Positions 62,040-64,000 of a stretch of DNA of 64,000 nucleotides are shown here, in pieces. Made by a program: the position numbers and the translations under genes. How positions within the stretch are numbered: the stretch's first letter is position 1; each line of letters begins with the position of its first letter. The stretch comes from Vicugna vicugna (lineage: Eukaryota): NCBI GenBank assembly GCA_013265495.1, contig MU058531.1:1108678-1172677 (forward strand), given 5' to 3'. The notes beneath the pieces were generated by a model. The model was not told where the DNA came from. It did no database searches and was given only the letters and a program-made list of their open reading frames with translations.

Positions 62040-62130
62040 CCTGCTGCTGTATTGCTGGGGTGTAATGTAGTATCTGACACAAAGTAGGTGCCGAGTAAAT
62101 GTTTTTTGACTGAATGATTGAGTGACTGAA
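62040..62130 (+). mobile_element. L2 3' terminus
   Basis: 'gtatctgacacaaagtaggtgccgagtaaatgttttttgactgaatgattgagtga'. Confidence 0.75.
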
Positions 62131-62215
62131 AAGTTCTTTTCAGCACTTTTCAAAACTGTTTTATTACATCTTATGTGAGTTACATAATTCTCACTTTAAA
62201 AATGCCAATGAATGG

Positions 62216-62420
62216 TCAGGGAACTATATACAATATCTTGTAATAACCATTACAATGAAAAAGCATATGAAAAGGAATATATGTATGTATGTATGTGTGT
62301 GTGTGTGTGAGAGTGTATATATATATATATATGACTGAAACATTATGCTGTACACCAGAAGTTCACACAACACTGTGAACTGACTATACTTCAATAAAAA
62401 CAAACCAACACAACAACAAC
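62216..62420 (+). mobile_element. Lineage-specific L1 3' tip with compound microsatellite
   Basis: 'cagggaactatatacaatatcttgtaataacc...atgactgaaacattatgctgtacaccagaa...gactatacttcaataaaaa'; TSD (15/18) at 62198-62215 and 62421-62438, at a TTT/AAAAA endonuclease site. Confidence 0.9.
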
Positions 62421-64000
62421 AAAAATGCCTGTGACTGGGATTTGGAATTCATCAAGCAGAAATAGAAGATTTTCTTCAAAAGTTGGACCAAAATTCCATG
62501 TCAGTGTGAAACTGCAAAGCCATTGTTGGCTCTGTTTAAAGGAGGGGGGCTGTTTACCCCAAGAAGCTAAGGAAAAGTAACTGTGAGTATCTGAGACTAT
62601 TCTTGATAAGAATAGTGTGGCCTGTGCCACTCTCCTAACATTAATTTTGACCTACAGAGGTGGCCTCTGCCATTACACTCAGGACATGAAAGAGCTACCT
62701 GGGAAACTTACCAGAACCCATGATGCGGGAGGAGCTGATACTGAAAATCTCTGTGTTCAGTGCTAAATTGGCAAGTCTTTCCCCATTAAGCCACAGGACA
62801 TCTAGGCAGAAGAGAGCAAACTCAGAGAAAATCACACAGCTTTTGGACACCGTAACTCAGCATTTAATATGAATAAGCTTCTTAGCTCTCCTTTTAAAGT
62901 TTTCTTCTTTAAATCCCAAGTAATTTTGCAAAAGGAACCATGAGATTGTGGGAGACTTTGGGATGATAACTAATGCATGATACCAAGAAGAGGCAAAAGA
63001 AAAAGATCAAAGATTCGTTTCACTAAGCTGGGTGGCACCTTGGCACCAGATCCTGGGAACAGATGCTGGCTGATTTGAATGAAAAAAGAGCCGAAGTAGC
63101 CAAAGATAAGAAATAATTGGCTAAAAGATACAAAGCCATACTTTTGATCGGGGACAATAAAGTTTTCCAAGCAGATGTCAGAATAAGTGACTTTAAAAAA
63201 AAAATAACCTCAGGGAAAACCAGGAGAAGAGAAGCATTGCTAAATATTTCCCCCCTGAAATTTGAATTAAGACATAGTCAGAGAAGAAGAGACCCTTTCC
63301 AAAGCCTCAGCAGGATAAATCAATCTAGTGGAGGCCTTTGTGTTCCTGGAGAATGATGTCAGAACCCATCCCAGGAAGAAGAAAGAGATGTTTGCACTAA
63401 AGGTCACTTGAGAACTATAAAGATAAATGCTATTTGTAATGACTTTAAAAGGCTTCCAGGAAGGAGAGGAGTCAACTAATTGTTTTAGAATCAGTGGAAA
63501 AGGAAAAATTCTCCTAGTTGAAAATTTTTATTTAGACATTCTTGAAAGTCTGTGACACTTTGAGGGGAAAGAACCCAGAAATATGATTATGGAAAAATTG
63601 TTATATTCTTTAACTGTTAAAAGTAGATTGTATGTTTACACATGTGTTGGTAATTTAAAAATAATTGAAAAGATTTCTGGCAGTAAGAAGTCAGGAACTA
63701 ACAATTCCTCCACCCTGGTTATTAATTGACTTTGAGAGTCCTTACGTCAACCAGATAATCATGCATGTGGAGATATCCAGATATATAGAGTTAAAAACAC
63801 TAGTCTGTGATTTGGAAGACCTAGGCTCACTTGTCAGCTCCATTGCCTGCTTTTTTTTTTTTTCAGTTGAATGAAAGATTCTTTAAATTCCATAGTGCTT
63901 TACAATTTTCAAAAGTTTCACACACATAATTTCATATAATTTCATAATAATCCTTTTTCCCCTACCCTTATATTGCTCCTCACTGCTCCCTTTCCCTACT

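Overview
Mammalian non-coding DNA (intergenic or deep intronic), most likely from a camelid (Camelus/Vicugna/Lama). Two tRNA-Ala-derived vic-1-type SINEs with target-site duplications (TSDs) and cetartiodactyl-type L1 3' ends are present, and I see no Alu, B1, Bov-A/BovB or PRE elements. Roughly half of the window is recognisable transposon fossil: L1 of several ages, L2, MIR, MaLR/ERVL/ERV1 solo LTRs, and hAT and Tc1/mariner MITEs. Several insertions are cleanly nested with readable TSDs, and there is one 82-N assembly gap. I recognise no host protein-coding exon, functional RNA gene or CRISPR-like array. The only ORFs with real homology are short L1 ORF2p remnants and a decayed hAT transposase motif. 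I cannot support a novel multi-gene system here. The best leads are (i) a let-7b-like 19-mer at 2809-2827 that reads on the minus strand as a centrally bulged, near-fully complementary let-7b site, (ii) repeat-free, motif-dense stretches resembling conserved enhancers (43.7-45.0 kb, 48.7-49.4 kb, 23.5-24.0 kb), (iii) an intact ERV1-type solo LTR, and (iv) a tandem-duplicated palindrome at 32981-33022. Repeat subfamily names come from recalled consensus similarity, not a database search; boundaries without TSDs are approximate.
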